A stretch of 39,639 nucleotides of DNA. Origin: Hyphomicrobiales bacterium (GTDB lineage: Bacteria > Pseudomonadota > Alphaproteobacteria > Rhizobiales > Segnochrobactraceae). The position numbers and the translations under genes are program-made. Below the pieces are notes generated by a model that had not been told where the DNA came from, did not search any database, and was given only the letters and a program-made list of their open reading frames with translations. Shown here one piece after another: positions 18,775 to 27,965 of the stretch (the first letter of the stretch is position 1; the number at the start of each line of letters is the position of its first letter). The DNA is taken from positions 1 through 39,639 of the forward strand of contig JBBSSF010000001.1 of assembly GCA_038242345.1 (NCBI GenBank). The letters are read 5' to 3'.

Positions 18775-18990
18775 TGAGGGCGGCCATCGGCACGCCTCTT
18801 CCCGGCGGCCGATGGCTGGCCGCGGCTGCGACACCAAGAGCCTCCGTCCCCGCCCGCCCTCGGCTTGAGGAAAGACGGAAGACATCCGATACTCGTCTTC
18901 GATAGATCACGCGACGCTTCCCTGTCGCGTCCTCCTCCTTTGAAGTGCATTTTGCTCTTAAGTTCTTATTGTCATCTGGAAGAAAGTCAT

Positions 18991-20073
18991 ATGCCGGCCA
19001 GCAATAAAGATGGACGTCCTGTCGCCCTCATCACTGGCGTGACGGGCCAGGATGGCGCCTATCTTTCCGAGCTCCTGCTCTCTAAGGGCTATGTTGTCCA
19101 CGGCATCAAGCGGCGGTCATCGTCTTTCAACACCGGCCGCATCGAACATATCTATCAGGATCCGCATGACAAGGATCCGCGTTTCATCCTGCACTATGGC
19201 GACATGACGGATTCCACGACGCTCATCCGCGTCGTGCAGCAGTGCCAGCCGGACGAGATCTACAATCTCGCCGCCCAGAGCCATGTCCAGGTGTCGTTCG
19301 AGACCCCGGAATATACCGCCAATGCCGATGCTGTCGGCACTCTCCGGCTGCTGGAGGCGATCCGCATCCTCGGTCTGGAGAAGAAGACCCGCTTCTATCA
19401 GGCCTCCACCTCCGAGCTTTATGGTCTCGTGCAGGAAGTGCCGCAGAGCGAGAAGACGCCCTTCTATCCGCGCTCGCCCTATGCCGCCGCCAAGCTCTAT
19501 GCCTACTGGATCGTGGTCAACTACCGCGAAGCCTACGGGATGCATGCGTCCAACGGCATCCTGTTCAATCACGAGAGCCCGCTGCGCGGCGAGACCTTCG
19601 TCACCCGCAAGATCACCCGGGCGGCGGCGGCCATCTCGCTCGGCCGGCAGGAGCGGCTCTATCTGGGCAATCTCGATGCCCGGCGCGACTGGGGCCATGC
19701 CCGGGAATATGTGCGCGGCATGTGGATGATGCTGCAGCAGGACACCCCGGACGACTATGTGCTGGCCACGGGCGAGACCACGCCGGTGCGCACCTTCGTG
19801 GAATGGGCCTTCGCCGATGCCGGCATCCGGCTCGCCTGGGAGGGCACGGGCGTGGAGGAACGGGGCATCGATGTCGACACCGGCGTCGTGCGCGTCTCGG
19901 TCGACCCGCGCTATTTCCGCCCGACCGAAGTGGACCTCCTGATCGGCGACCCGACCAAGGCCCACACCAAGCTCGGATGGCACCATGACACGCCGGTGCG
20001 CGAGCTGGCCCGCGAGATGGTCCAGGAAGATCTTCGCATCATGCAGACCGCGACCATCATGAAGGAAGCGTGA
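18991..20073 (+). CDS. gmd: GDP-mannose 4,6-dehydratase
   Basis: [37 protein letters not shown] and [16 protein letters not shown] motifs. Confidence 0.97.
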   Translation: MPASNKDGRPVALITGVTGQDGAYLSELLLSKGYVVHGIKRRSSSFNTGRIEHIYQDPHDKDPRFILHYGDMTDSTTLIRVVQQCQPDEIYNLAAQSHVQVSFETPEYTANADAVGTLRLLEAIRILGLEKKTRFYQASTSELYGLVQEVPQSEKTPFYPRSPYAAAKLYAYWIVVNYREAYGMHASNGILFNHESPLRGETFVTRKITRAAAAISLGRQERLYLGNLDARRDWGHAREYVRGMWMMLQQDTPDDYVLATGETTPVRTFVEWAFADAGIRLAWEGTGVEERGIDVDTGVVRVSVDPRYFRPTEVDLLIGDPTKAHTKLGWHHDTPVRELAREMVQEDLRIMQTATIMKEA

Positions 20074-20197
20074 TACCAAAGATCCTTGAAAAGGACTCTT
20101 TGGTATTCCGATGCGGATTTCCCATGTCCCTGGGGCATATGGGAAATCTGCTGATCTTCAGGCGCGCGGGTGCGGTCAGCACCTAACGCGCCTGGTA
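20074..20197 (-). mobile_element. 124-bp element
   Basis: Begins immediately after the gmd TGA; TGA duplicated at 20198-20200. Confidence 0.92.
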
Positions 20198-20293
20198 TGA
20201 AAGCCGGCTCACCTGGGACGTCTCGGCCCGGGAAATCGGCGCCATCCTGCGCGGGCTGGTCCCCGGGCAGGCGGCAGAAGCCGCGAGGGGACA

Positions 20294-21229
20294 ATGACCT
20301 ACACTCTGAAGGGCAAGCGCGTTTATGTCGCCGGACATCGCGGCATGGTCGGCTCGGCCATCGTCCGCCGGCTGGCCGGCGAGGACTGCGAGGTCCTGAC
20401 CGCCTCCCGCGCCGAGGTCGACCTCAAGGACCAGGCCGCGGTCCGCGCCTGGATGGCGCAGGCCCGTCCCGACGCCGTGTTCCTGGCCGCCGCCAAGGTC
20501 GGCGGCATCCTGGCCAACGACACCTATCCGGCCGATTTCCTCTACGACAACCTGATGATCGAGGCGAACATCATCGAGGCGGCATTCCGCACCGGCGTGG
20601 AAAAGCTGCTCTTTCTCGGCTCGTCCTGCATCTATCCGAAATTCGCCCCCCAGCCGATCCAGGAAGAGGCCCTGCTGACGGGGTCCCTCGAGCCCACCAA
20701 CGAATGGTATGCCATCGCCAAGATCGCCGGCATCAAGCTGGCCCAGGCCTACCGCCGGCAGCACGGCTCCGACTTCATCTCCGCCATGCCGACCAATCTC
20801 TATGGCCCCGGCGACAATTTCGACCTGCAGAGCAGCCATGTGATGCCGGCCCTGATCCGCAAGGCCCATGAGGCGAAGGCGGCCGGCGCCGGCAGCCTCA
20901 CCATCTGGGGCACCGGCACGCCGCGGCGCGAGTTCCTGCACGTGGACGACTGCGCCGATGCCTGCGTGCACCTGATGCAGGTCTATTCCGACGCCTCCCA
21001 TGTGAATGTCGGCTCGGGCTCCGACGTCACCATCCGCACGCTCACCGAGATGGTGTGCCAGGTGGCGGGCTTTGACGGCGAGATCGTGTGCGACACCACC
21101 AAGCCGGATGGCACGCCGCGCAAGCTGATGGCCGCCGACAAGCTGCGCGGCCTCGGCTGGCAGCCGCGCATCCCGCTGGAAGAGGGTCTGCGCACGACCT
21201 ATGACTGGTTCCTGGCCCATGTCGCCTGA
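20294..21229 (+). CDS. fcl: GDP-L-fucose synthase
   Basis: [42 protein letters not shown] and [10 protein letters not shown] motifs. Confidence 0.96.
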   Translation: MTYTLKGKRVYVAGHRGMVGSAIVRRLAGEDCEVLTASRAEVDLKDQAAVRAWMAQARPDAVFLAAAKVGGILANDTYPADFLYDNLMIEANIIEAAFRTGVEKLLFLGSSCIYPKFAPQPIQEEALLTGSLEPTNEWYAIAKIAGIKLAQAYRRQHGSDFISAMPTNLYGPGDNFDLQSSHVMPALIRKAHEAKAAGAGSLTIWGTGTPRREFLHVDDCADACVHLMQVYSDASHVNVGSGSDVTIRTLTEMVCQVAGFDGEIVCDTTKPDGTPRKLMAADKLRGLGWQPRIPLEEGLRTTYDWFLAHVA

Positions 21230-22487
21230 GACCGCGCCAGCCGGCCGCGGAGCGCTGCGCATCCTCATTCTCGGCCTCAACTATGCGCCGGAAATGGTGG
21301 GGATCGCCGTCTACACCTCGGGACTGGCCGAGGCCCTGGCCGCCGCCGGCCATGACGTGCGGGTGATCGCCGGCAAGCCCTATTATCCCGGCTGGACCGT
21401 GCCGGCCGCCTATCGCGGCGGCTGGCGGCGGCACAACCGCGAGAAGGGCGTCGCCCTCACCCGGGTCGCCCATTATGTGCCGGCCAACCCGACGGGCGCC
21501 CGGCGCATCCTGCATCATGCCAGCTTCGCCCTCTCCAGCCTGCTGCCGACCCTGCGGGCGGCCCGGGCCCAGAAGCCGGACGTGGTGCTGACCGTGGCCC
21601 CCTCCCTCATCGCCGCCCCGGTGGCCTGGCTGGCGGCCCGCCTCACCGGCGCCCGCAGCTGGCTGCACATCCAGGATTTCGAGGTCGAGGCGGCCTTCGC
21701 CACCAATCTGGTGGCCGGCACCGGCCGCGTCGCCGCCCTGGCGCGGCAGTTCGAGGTCCGGGTGCTGCAGCTGTTCGACCGGGTCAGCTCGATTTCGCCG
21801 GCCATGTGCCGCAAGTGCGTGGACAAGGGCGTTCCCGCCGGGCGCCTGGTGGAATTCCGCAACTGGGCCGACATCGACCGCGTCCGCCCGCTTGCCGGCC
21901 CCTCGCCCTACCGGGAGGCGTGGACCATCCGCACCCCCCATGTGGCGCTCTATTCCGGCAACATCGCCAACAAGCAGGGCATCGACATCGTCGTTGCCGC
22001 CGCCCGGCGCCTGCGGGACCGCTCCGACCTCACCTTCGTCATCTGCGGCGAGGGCGCCAACCGCGCCAATCTGGAAGCCCAGGCCCGCGACCTCGACAAC
22101 ATCCGCTTCCACGACCTGCAGCCGCCGGAACGCCTCGGCGATCTGCTCGGGCTGGCGAGCGTCCACCTCCTGCCCCAGCTGGCCGGCACCGCCGATCTGG
22201 TGCTGCCGTCCAAGCTCACCAACATGCTGGCGTCCGGCCGGGCCGTCATCGCCACGGCGCGGCCCGGAACCGGGCTCGCCGCGGAAGTGGCCGGCTGCGG
22301 CCTGGTGGTGGAGCCGGAGGACGCGGCGGCCTTCGCCGCGGCCATCGCCCGGCTGCTCGACGATCCGCAGGCCCGGGAGGGCTTTGCCCGCACGGCCCGC
22401 CGCCGGGCGGAAGAGCGCTGGGAGCGGAGCGCCATCCTCACCCGCCTCGTCGACCGCCTGTACGAGCTGAAGCAGGCGCCCCGCTAG
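21219..22487 (+). CDS. wcaI: WcaI-like glycosyltransferase (GT4)
   Basis: [40 protein letters not shown] and [14 protein letters not shown] motifs; directly follows gmd-fcl as in colanic acid clusters. Confidence 0.88.
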   Translation: MSPETAPAGRGALRILILGLNYAPEMVGIAVYTSGLAEALAAAGHDVRVIAGKPYYPGWTVPAAYRGGWRRHNREKGVALTRVAHYVPANPTGARRILHHASFALSSLLPTLRAARAQKPDVVLTVAPSLIAAPVAWLAARLTGARSWLHIQDFEVEAAFATNLVAGTGRVAALARQFEVRVLQLFDRVSSISPAMCRKCVDKGVPAGRLVEFRNWADIDRVRPLAGPSPYREAWTIRTPHVALYSGNIANKQGIDIVVAAARRLRDRSDLTFVICGEGANRANLEAQARDLDNIRFHDLQPPERLGDLLGLASVHLLPQLAGTADLVLPSKLTNMLASGRAVIATARPGTGLAAEVAGCGLVVEPEDAAAFAAAIARLLDDPQAREGFARTARRRAEERWERSAILTRLVDRLYELKQAPR

Positions 22488-22526
22488 CGCCCTTTCAGGC
22501 GACGTGGGGACCGGCTCGCCGGAAGA
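22484..22526 (+). repeat. Degenerate left half of the CTAG-bounded repeat
   Basis: CTAGCGCCCTTTCAGGCGACGTGGGGACCGGCTCGCCGGAAGA aligns without gaps to CTAGAGCATTTTCAAGCGAAGCGGATACTGGTTCGCGTGAAGA; begins on the wcaI TAG. Confidence 0.6.
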
Positions 22527-22575
22527 CCGTCGGCCCCGGGCCGGCCCGGACGCCCTTTCCTGTCAGGGAATTTCC

Positions 22576-23484
22576 ATGCCTTGCGATCCCAGCCTTTCCC
22601 CCGGCATCACGGCCATCATCCTGACCTTCAACGAGGAAAAGCATATCGCCCGGTGCATTGCGAGCCTGCGCGGCGTGGTCGCCCGGATCTGCATCATCGA
22701 CAGCTTCTCCACTGACCGGACCGCCGAGATCGCGGCCGGGCTCGGGGCCGACGTCTTCCGCAATCCGTGGGAAAATTATGCCCGGCAATTCCAGTGGGGG
22801 ATCGACAATGCCGGCATCGCCACCGAGTGGACGATGCGCATCGATGCCGACGAATATCTCGAAGGCCCGCTTCAGGACGACATCCGCAGCTTCCTCGCCA
22901 GCCCCGGAGACGTCAACGCCGTCTATCTGCGCCGCAAGATGATCTTCCTCGGCCGCGAGATCCGCCATGGCTTCTTCTATCCGTCGCTGATGCTCCGGCT
23001 GTGGCGCTCCGGCCAGGGCCAGATCGAACAGCGCTGGATGGACGAGCACATCATCGTCGCGGCGCCCGTGACCCGGACCCTCCACGCCGGCGACCTGGTG
23101 GACGCCAACCGCAATGATCTGGCCTGGTGGACGGGCAAGCATGTCGCCTATGCCCGCCGCGAAGTCTACGATATCGTCGCCAGTGCCCACCGGGACAGCG
23201 CCCGCACCGCCGATGATCTCAGCGGACAGGCCCGTCTCAAGCGCTTCCTGAAGGAATCAATATACTACAAGTTGCCGACCTTCATCCGGTCATCAACATA
23301 TTTCTTTTACAGATATGTCATCGGACGTGGATTTCTGGACGGGAAGGCGGGATTTTTCTTCCACTTCCTGCAGGCCTACTGGTATCGGACACTGGTCGAT
23401 GCAATGCTCTACGAACTGGAACAGGAAGCCCGGGAGCACGGCCTTTCGGCCCACGCGCTGCTCCGGCAGCGCGGCATCCTCTAG
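22576..23484 (+). CDS. Glycosyltransferase family 2 (beta-1,4-glucosyltransferase-like)
   Basis: ILTFNEE, IIDSFSTDRT, RIDADEYL, RWMDEH and GFLDGKAGF motifs. Confidence 0.92.
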   Translation: MPCDPSLSPGITAIILTFNEEKHIARCIASLRGVVARICIIDSFSTDRTAEIAAGLGADVFRNPWENYARQFQWGIDNAGIATEWTMRIDADEYLEGPLQDDIRSFLASPGDVNAVYLRRKMIFLGREIRHGFFYPSLMLRLWRSGQGQIEQRWMDEHIIVAAPVTRTLHAGDLVDANRNDLAWWTGKHVAYARREVYDIVASAHRDSARTADDLSGQARLKRFLKESIYYKLPTFIRSSTYFFYRYVIGRGFLDGKAGFFFHFLQAYWYRTLVDAMLYELEQEAREHGLSAHALLRQRGIL

Positions 23485-23650
23485 AACTCTCCCCTCCCGA
23501 CGGTTGTTCCGCCTTTCGCGGCCGTTCCCGACAGAGCATCGGCACACTCCATTTGCCGCACCACCGGGTCCGGCCCGTCCCCTTGATCGCAAGACCCGCG
23601 CGCCGCTAGATTGGCGGCGGTATATTTTATTTTCATAAGTGCAAGATATT

Positions 23651-24778
23651 ATGCAGACGCAAGATAAACAGCGCATCATTCCCGTCTTGCTTTCCGGCGG
23701 AAGTGGAACCCGGCTGTGGCCGCTTTCCCGCACGGCCTATCCGAAACAGTTTCACACCCTCGTCGGCTCGGACACGATGCTGGTCGACACCATGCGGCGC
23801 ATGTCGGGGACGGCGCTGTTTGCCGATCCGATCATCATCGGCAGCCACCAGCACCGCTTCCTGATCGCCGAGCAGCTGCGCGAGGCCGGTTACGAGAATG
23901 CCCGCATCGTCCTGGAGCCGCGCGCCCGCAACACCGCTCCGGCGGCGGCCGTCGCCGCCCTGATGGCCCTGGAGAGCGGCGAGAACCCGCTGATCCTGCT
24001 CGCCCCGGCCGACCATGTCATCCTCGACCGGGTCGCCTTCCTCGAGGCCGTGCAGACGGCGGCCCGGGCGGCGGTGTCCGATGGCGGCTATCTCGTCCTC
24101 TTCGGCATCCGCCCGGACAGCCCGGCGACGGGCTACGGCTACATCCGCAAGGGCGCCGACCTGGCCGACGTGCCCGGCGTCTATGCGGTCAACGCCTTCG
24201 TCGAGAAGCCCGATGCCGCGACCGCCCAGCATCTCCTTGCCGACGGGCAGCATTCCTGGAACAGCGGCATCTTCCTGATGCCCGCCCGGGTGCTCGTCGA
24301 CGAGATGGAGCGCCTGGCGCCGACGGTGCTGGCGGCGGCCCGCCGCGCCCTGGCCGAGGCCGTGCGCGACCCCGACTTCGTCCGCCTGGACGAGGAGGCC
24401 TTCGCCGCCGCGCCCTCGATCTCCCTCGACTATGCCGTGATGGAGAAGACCGCCCGGACCGCCGTCGTCCCGTCCTCCTTCGGCTGGACCGATGTCGGCA
24501 GCTGGAAGACCCTGTGGGAAATCTCCAGCAAGAACCCGTCGGGCACCGTCATCAGCGGCGACGTCATCGATGCCGGCTCGGTCAACTGCTATCTGCGCAG
24601 CGAGGGCCCGGCCATCGGCGTGGCCGGCATCCGCGACCTGATCGTGGTGGCGACCCCGGACGCGGTGCTCGTCATCCAGCGGGATGCGGACCAGGACGTG
24701 AAGAAGATCGTGGAATGGCTGAATGCCGCCGGACGGACGGCGCTCACCAACAGCTTTCCGACCGGAATCTGGAAATAG
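23651..24778 (+). CDS. manC: Mannose-1-phosphate guanylyltransferase lacking the C-terminal cupin PMI domain
   Basis: LSGGSGTRLWPLSR, YPKQF, LEPRARNTAPA, FVEKP, WNSGIF, SLDYAVMEK and WTDVGSW motifs; ends shortly after QDVKKIVEWL. Confidence 0.93.
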   Translation: MQTQDKQRIIPVLLSGGSGTRLWPLSRTAYPKQFHTLVGSDTMLVDTMRRMSGTALFADPIIIGSHQHRFLIAEQLREAGYENARIVLEPRARNTAPAAAVAALMALESGENPLILLAPADHVILDRVAFLEAVQTAARAAVSDGGYLVLFGIRPDSPATGYGYIRKGADLADVPGVYAVNAFVEKPDAATAQHLLADGQHSWNSGIFLMPARVLVDEMERLAPTVLAAARRALAEAVRDPDFVRLDEEAFAAAPSISLDYAVMEKTARTAVVPSSFGWTDVGSWKTLWEISSKNPSGTVISGDVIDAGSVNCYLRSEGPAIGVAGIRDLIVVATPDAVLVIQRDADQDVKKIVEWLNAAGRTALTNSFPTGIWK

Positions 24779-24852
24779 GCGGCCCCGCCGGCCGGCATCC
24801 GCTCCGCCCCCCGGTCCCCCCCGGGTCCCGCCAACCGGAGACCTTTCCCCCC

Positions 24853-26358
24853 ATGTCCCTGTTTCCCGTTCCGACCTTCCCGCTCTCCCCCAACACCTAT
24901 GCCTTCGAGGCCCTGCCGCTGGTCAAGCCGACGGGCTTCCGGGAATATGATGCCCGCTGGCTGTTCGGCCGCGAACTCAATCTCATGGGCGTGCAGGCCC
25001 TCGGCATGGGCCTCGGCACCCTCCTCGGCGAGCTCGGCGTGCCGAAGCGGATCGCCACCGGCCATGATTTCCGCGGCTACTCCTCCTCCATCAAGCTCGC
25101 CCTCGTCACCGGCCTGATGGCCAGCGGCTGCACGGTCCACGACATCGGCCTCGCCGTCACCCCGATGGCCTATTTCGCGCAGTTCCATCTGGACGTGCCG
25201 GCGGTCGCCATGGTGACCGCCTCCCACAACGACAACGGCTGGACCGGCGTGAAGATGGGCGCCGCCCGGCCGCTGACCTTCGGCCCGGACGAGATGAGCC
25301 GGCTGAAGGAAATCGTGCTCGCGGCCGCCTTCGACCTCGCCGGCGGCGGCACCTATGCCTTCCGCCCCGATGTGGTGGACGCCTATCTCGCCGACCTGAC
25401 CGCCCGGGCGCCGTTCTCGCGCCGGCTCAAGGTGGTGGCGGCCTGTGGCAACGGCACCGCCGGCGCCTTCGCCCCCCGGGTGCTGGCCGCCCTCGGCGTC
25501 GATGTCATCCCCCTCGACTGCGAGCTCGACCACACCTTCCCCAACTACAACCCGAACCCGGAAGACATGGAGATGCTCCATGCCATCCGCGACGAGGTGC
25601 TGAAGACCGGCGCCGACATCGGCCTCGGCTTCGACGGCGATGGCGACCGCTGCGGCGTGATCGACAATGAGGGCGAGGAGATCTTCGCCGACAAGGTCGG
25701 CGTGATGCTCGCCCGCGACCTCGCCAAGGTCCACCCCCATCCGACCTTCGTCGTCGACGTCAAGTCGACCGGGCTCTATGCCACCGACCCCGAACTGATC
25801 TCCGCCGGCGTCAGCGTCGATTACTGGAAGACGGGCCATTCCTACATCAAGCGGCGGGTCAACCAGCTCGGTGCCCTGGCCGGCTTCGAGAAGTCGGGGC
25901 ACTATTTCTTCAATGCGCCGATCGGCCGGGGCTATGATGACGGTCTCGTCTCGGCCATCGCCATCCTCGACATGCTCGACCGCAATCCGGACCGCTCCAT
26001 GGCGGACCTGAAGCGGGCCCTGCCGCGCACCTGGGGCTCGCCGACCATGTCGCCGAGCTGCGCCGACGAGGACAAGTATGGCGTGATCGACAAGGTGGTG
26101 GCCCGGTTCCAGGCCATGCAGGCCGCCGGCACCCCGGTCGCCGGCCATCCGATCGTCGATCTGGTGACGGTCAACGGCGTGCGGGTGACCACCGATGACG
26201 GCACCTGGGGGCTGGTGCGCGCCTCCTCCAACACGCCGCAGCTTGTGGTTGTGATCGAGAGCCCGGTGTCGGACGCCCGCCTGCGCGAGATGTTCGCCGC
26301 CGTGGACGCGATCCTGCGGGAGCATCCGGAAGTCGGCGAATACAACCAAAAGTTGTGA
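24853..26358 (+). CDS. manB: Phosphomannomutase/phosphoglucomutase
   Basis: FREYDAR, TASHN phosphoserine loop, FDGDGDR, GFEKSGH and VRASSN motifs; real start at ATG 24853 within a longer ORF. Confidence 0.93.
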   Translation: MSLFPVPTFPLSPNTYAFEALPLVKPTGFREYDARWLFGRELNLMGVQALGMGLGTLLGELGVPKRIATGHDFRGYSSSIKLALVTGLMASGCTVHDIGLAVTPMAYFAQFHLDVPAVAMVTASHNDNGWTGVKMGAARPLTFGPDEMSRLKEIVLAAAFDLAGGGTYAFRPDVVDAYLADLTARAPFSRRLKVVAACGNGTAGAFAPRVLAALGVDVIPLDCELDHTFPNYNPNPEDMEMLHAIRDEVLKTGADIGLGFDGDGDRCGVIDNEGEEIFADKVGVMLARDLAKVHPHPTFVVDVKSTGLYATDPELISAGVSVDYWKTGHSYIKRRVNQLGALAGFEKSGHYFFNAPIGRGYDDGLVSAIAILDMLDRNPDRSMADLKRALPRTWGSPTMSPSCADEDKYGVIDKVVARFQAMQAAGTPVAGHPIVDLVTVNGVRVTTDDGTWGLVRASSNTPQLVVVIESPVSDARLREMFAAVDAILREHPEVGEYNQKL

Positions 26359-26434
26359 TTTTTTCGTCGCTGCCTGCGGCCGTCCGGACGGACCGTCCGG
26401 ACCGGAGCCCGCGTCTTTCGGGGATGGCCTGGCC

Positions 26435-27625
26435 ATGCGGATACTCGAGATCATCGCCTCTGCCGATCCCGCCTCGGGCGGACCGATCGAGGGCCTGCTG
26501 CGGCATGCCGAGATCTGGACCGGCGCAGGCCATGTCTGCGAGGCGGCGACCCTCGACCTGCCCGACGCGCCCTTTCTCGCCGGCCTGCCGATCCGGGTGC
26601 ATGCGCTGGGCAGCCTGCCGCCGGGTGCCAGCCGGCTCCGGCCCCATCGCCGCTATGGCTACCAGCCGGGCTTCGTGCCGTGGCTGAAGCAGCACCTGAC
26701 CGGCTATGACGCCGTCATCGTCAACGGCCTGTGGAACTATGCGACCTTCGGGGCCCGCCAGGCCCTCGCCGGGTCGCCGGTGCCCTATTTCGTCTTCTCC
26801 CACGGCATGATGGATCCGTGGTTCAGCCGCACCAGGCCGCTGAACCACGCCCTCAAGCAGGCCTTCTGGCTGGTCAACGAGGGGCCGCTTCTCAACAGGG
26901 CCCGGGCGGTCCTGTTCACCACCGACGAGGAGCGGATCGTCTCCCGCGGCGTCTTCCGCCCCTACCGGGTGCGCGAGGCCGTGGTCGGCTATGGCACCTC
27001 CGACGTGGCGGGAGATCCCGAAGCCCAGATCGCCGCCTTCCGCCAGGCCCTGCCGGCCCTCGGCGACCGGCCCTTCCTGCTCTTCCTCAGCCGCCTCCAT
27101 CGCAAGAAGGGCTGCGACCTGCTGGTCGAGGCCTTCACCGGGATCGCGGCCGCCCATCCGGATCTCGACCTCGTCATGGCCGGCCCCGACCCCGACACCC
27201 TGCGGCCGGAGCTGGAGGCGATTGCCGCCGCCGCCGGCCTTGCCGGCCGCCTCCACTGGCCGGGCCTGATCGGCGGGGACGTCAAATGGGGCGCCTTCCG
27301 CGCCTGCCGGGCCTTCGTGCTGCCGTCCCACCAGGAGAATTTCGGCGTCGCCGTCGCCGAGGCGCTGGCCTGCGGCCGGCCGGTCCTCATCAGCGACCGG
27401 GTCAACATCTGGCGCGAGATCGCGGCCGGATCCGCCGGCCTCGTCGCCCCGGACACCCGGGCGGGGACCCGGGACCTGCTCGCCCGTTTCCTCGCCCTCG
27501 GCCCGGCGGCGGAAGCCGCCATGGCCGCGGCGGCCCGGCCGGTCTTCCTCGATCATTTCCATGTCCGGCAGGCCGCCGACCGGCTGCTGCAGACGATCGA
27601 GACCGGGATCCGCGCCCCGGCCTGA
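26435..27625 (+). CDS. Glycosyltransferase family 4
   Basis: SGGP, SHGMMDPW, FLSRLHRKKG and LPSHQENFGVAVAEALACG motifs. Confidence 0.93.
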   Translation: MRILEIIASADPASGGPIEGLLRHAEIWTGAGHVCEAATLDLPDAPFLAGLPIRVHALGSLPPGASRLRPHRRYGYQPGFVPWLKQHLTGYDAVIVNGLWNYATFGARQALAGSPVPYFVFSHGMMDPWFSRTRPLNHALKQAFWLVNEGPLLNRARAVLFTTDEERIVSRGVFRPYRVREAVVGYGTSDVAGDPEAQIAAFRQALPALGDRPFLLFLSRLHRKKGCDLLVEAFTGIAAAHPDLDLVMAGPDPDTLRPELEAIAAAAGLAGRLHWPGLIGGDVKWGAFRACRAFVLPSHQENFGVAVAEALACGRPVLISDRVNIWREIAAGSAGLVAPDTRAGTRDLLARFLALGPAAEAAMAAAARPVFLDHFHVRQAADRLLQTIETGIRAPA

Positions 27626-27749
27626 TACCAAAGATCCTTGAACAGGACTCTTTGGTATTCCGGTGCGGATTTTCCATGTCCTTGGGGCATATGGAAAATC
27701 TGCTGCCCTTCAGGCGCTAAGGTGCGGTCAGCACGTCGTGCGCCTGGTA
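27626..27749 (-). mobile_element. 124-bp element
   Basis: Begins right after the GT4 TGA; TGA duplicated at 27750-27752. Confidence 0.92.
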
Positions 27750-27911
27750 TGATCCCGGTCCGCACGCCGGCCGGACGCGCCGCGCCGTCGCAGGCCGCCG
27801 GCATTCTCGCGGCCGCCGGTCCCGTGCCATGCTGGACCGGAACAGGGGTTCCCGCACCGTCTCCCGGCAGGAGCCTTCGGGGACGATGCGATCCGCATCT
27901 GGCGGTCCTGA

Positions 27912-27943
27912 TGCCAGAGAGTCCGTCTCAAGGATCTCCCGGA
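27912..27943 (+). repeat. Degenerate 32-bp terminal module of the element
   Basis: TGA then TGCCAGAGAGTCCGTCTCAAGGATCTCCCGGA, aligning to TACCAAAGAGTCCTTTTCAAGGATCTTTGGTA. Confidence 0.6.
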
Positions 27944-27965
27944 TGCGTTGCACAGAGGACATCAC

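Noticed and set aside
10570-20200. Classical integron cassette array
   Set aside because: No tyrosine integrase, no RYYYAAC/GTTRRRY ends, bracketed genes face both ways, and the copies have target duplications.
23716-26358. 880-aa ORF as a fusion protein
   Set aside because: The first 379 codons are an alternative frame over manC; phosphomannomutase motifs begin only at ATG 24853.
24589-26454. Long antisense ORFs (also 36587-38728, 33537-35216, 5692-7197, 17083-18531)
   Set aside because: They are shadow frames of well-supported genes in high-GC DNA and have no recognisable motifs.
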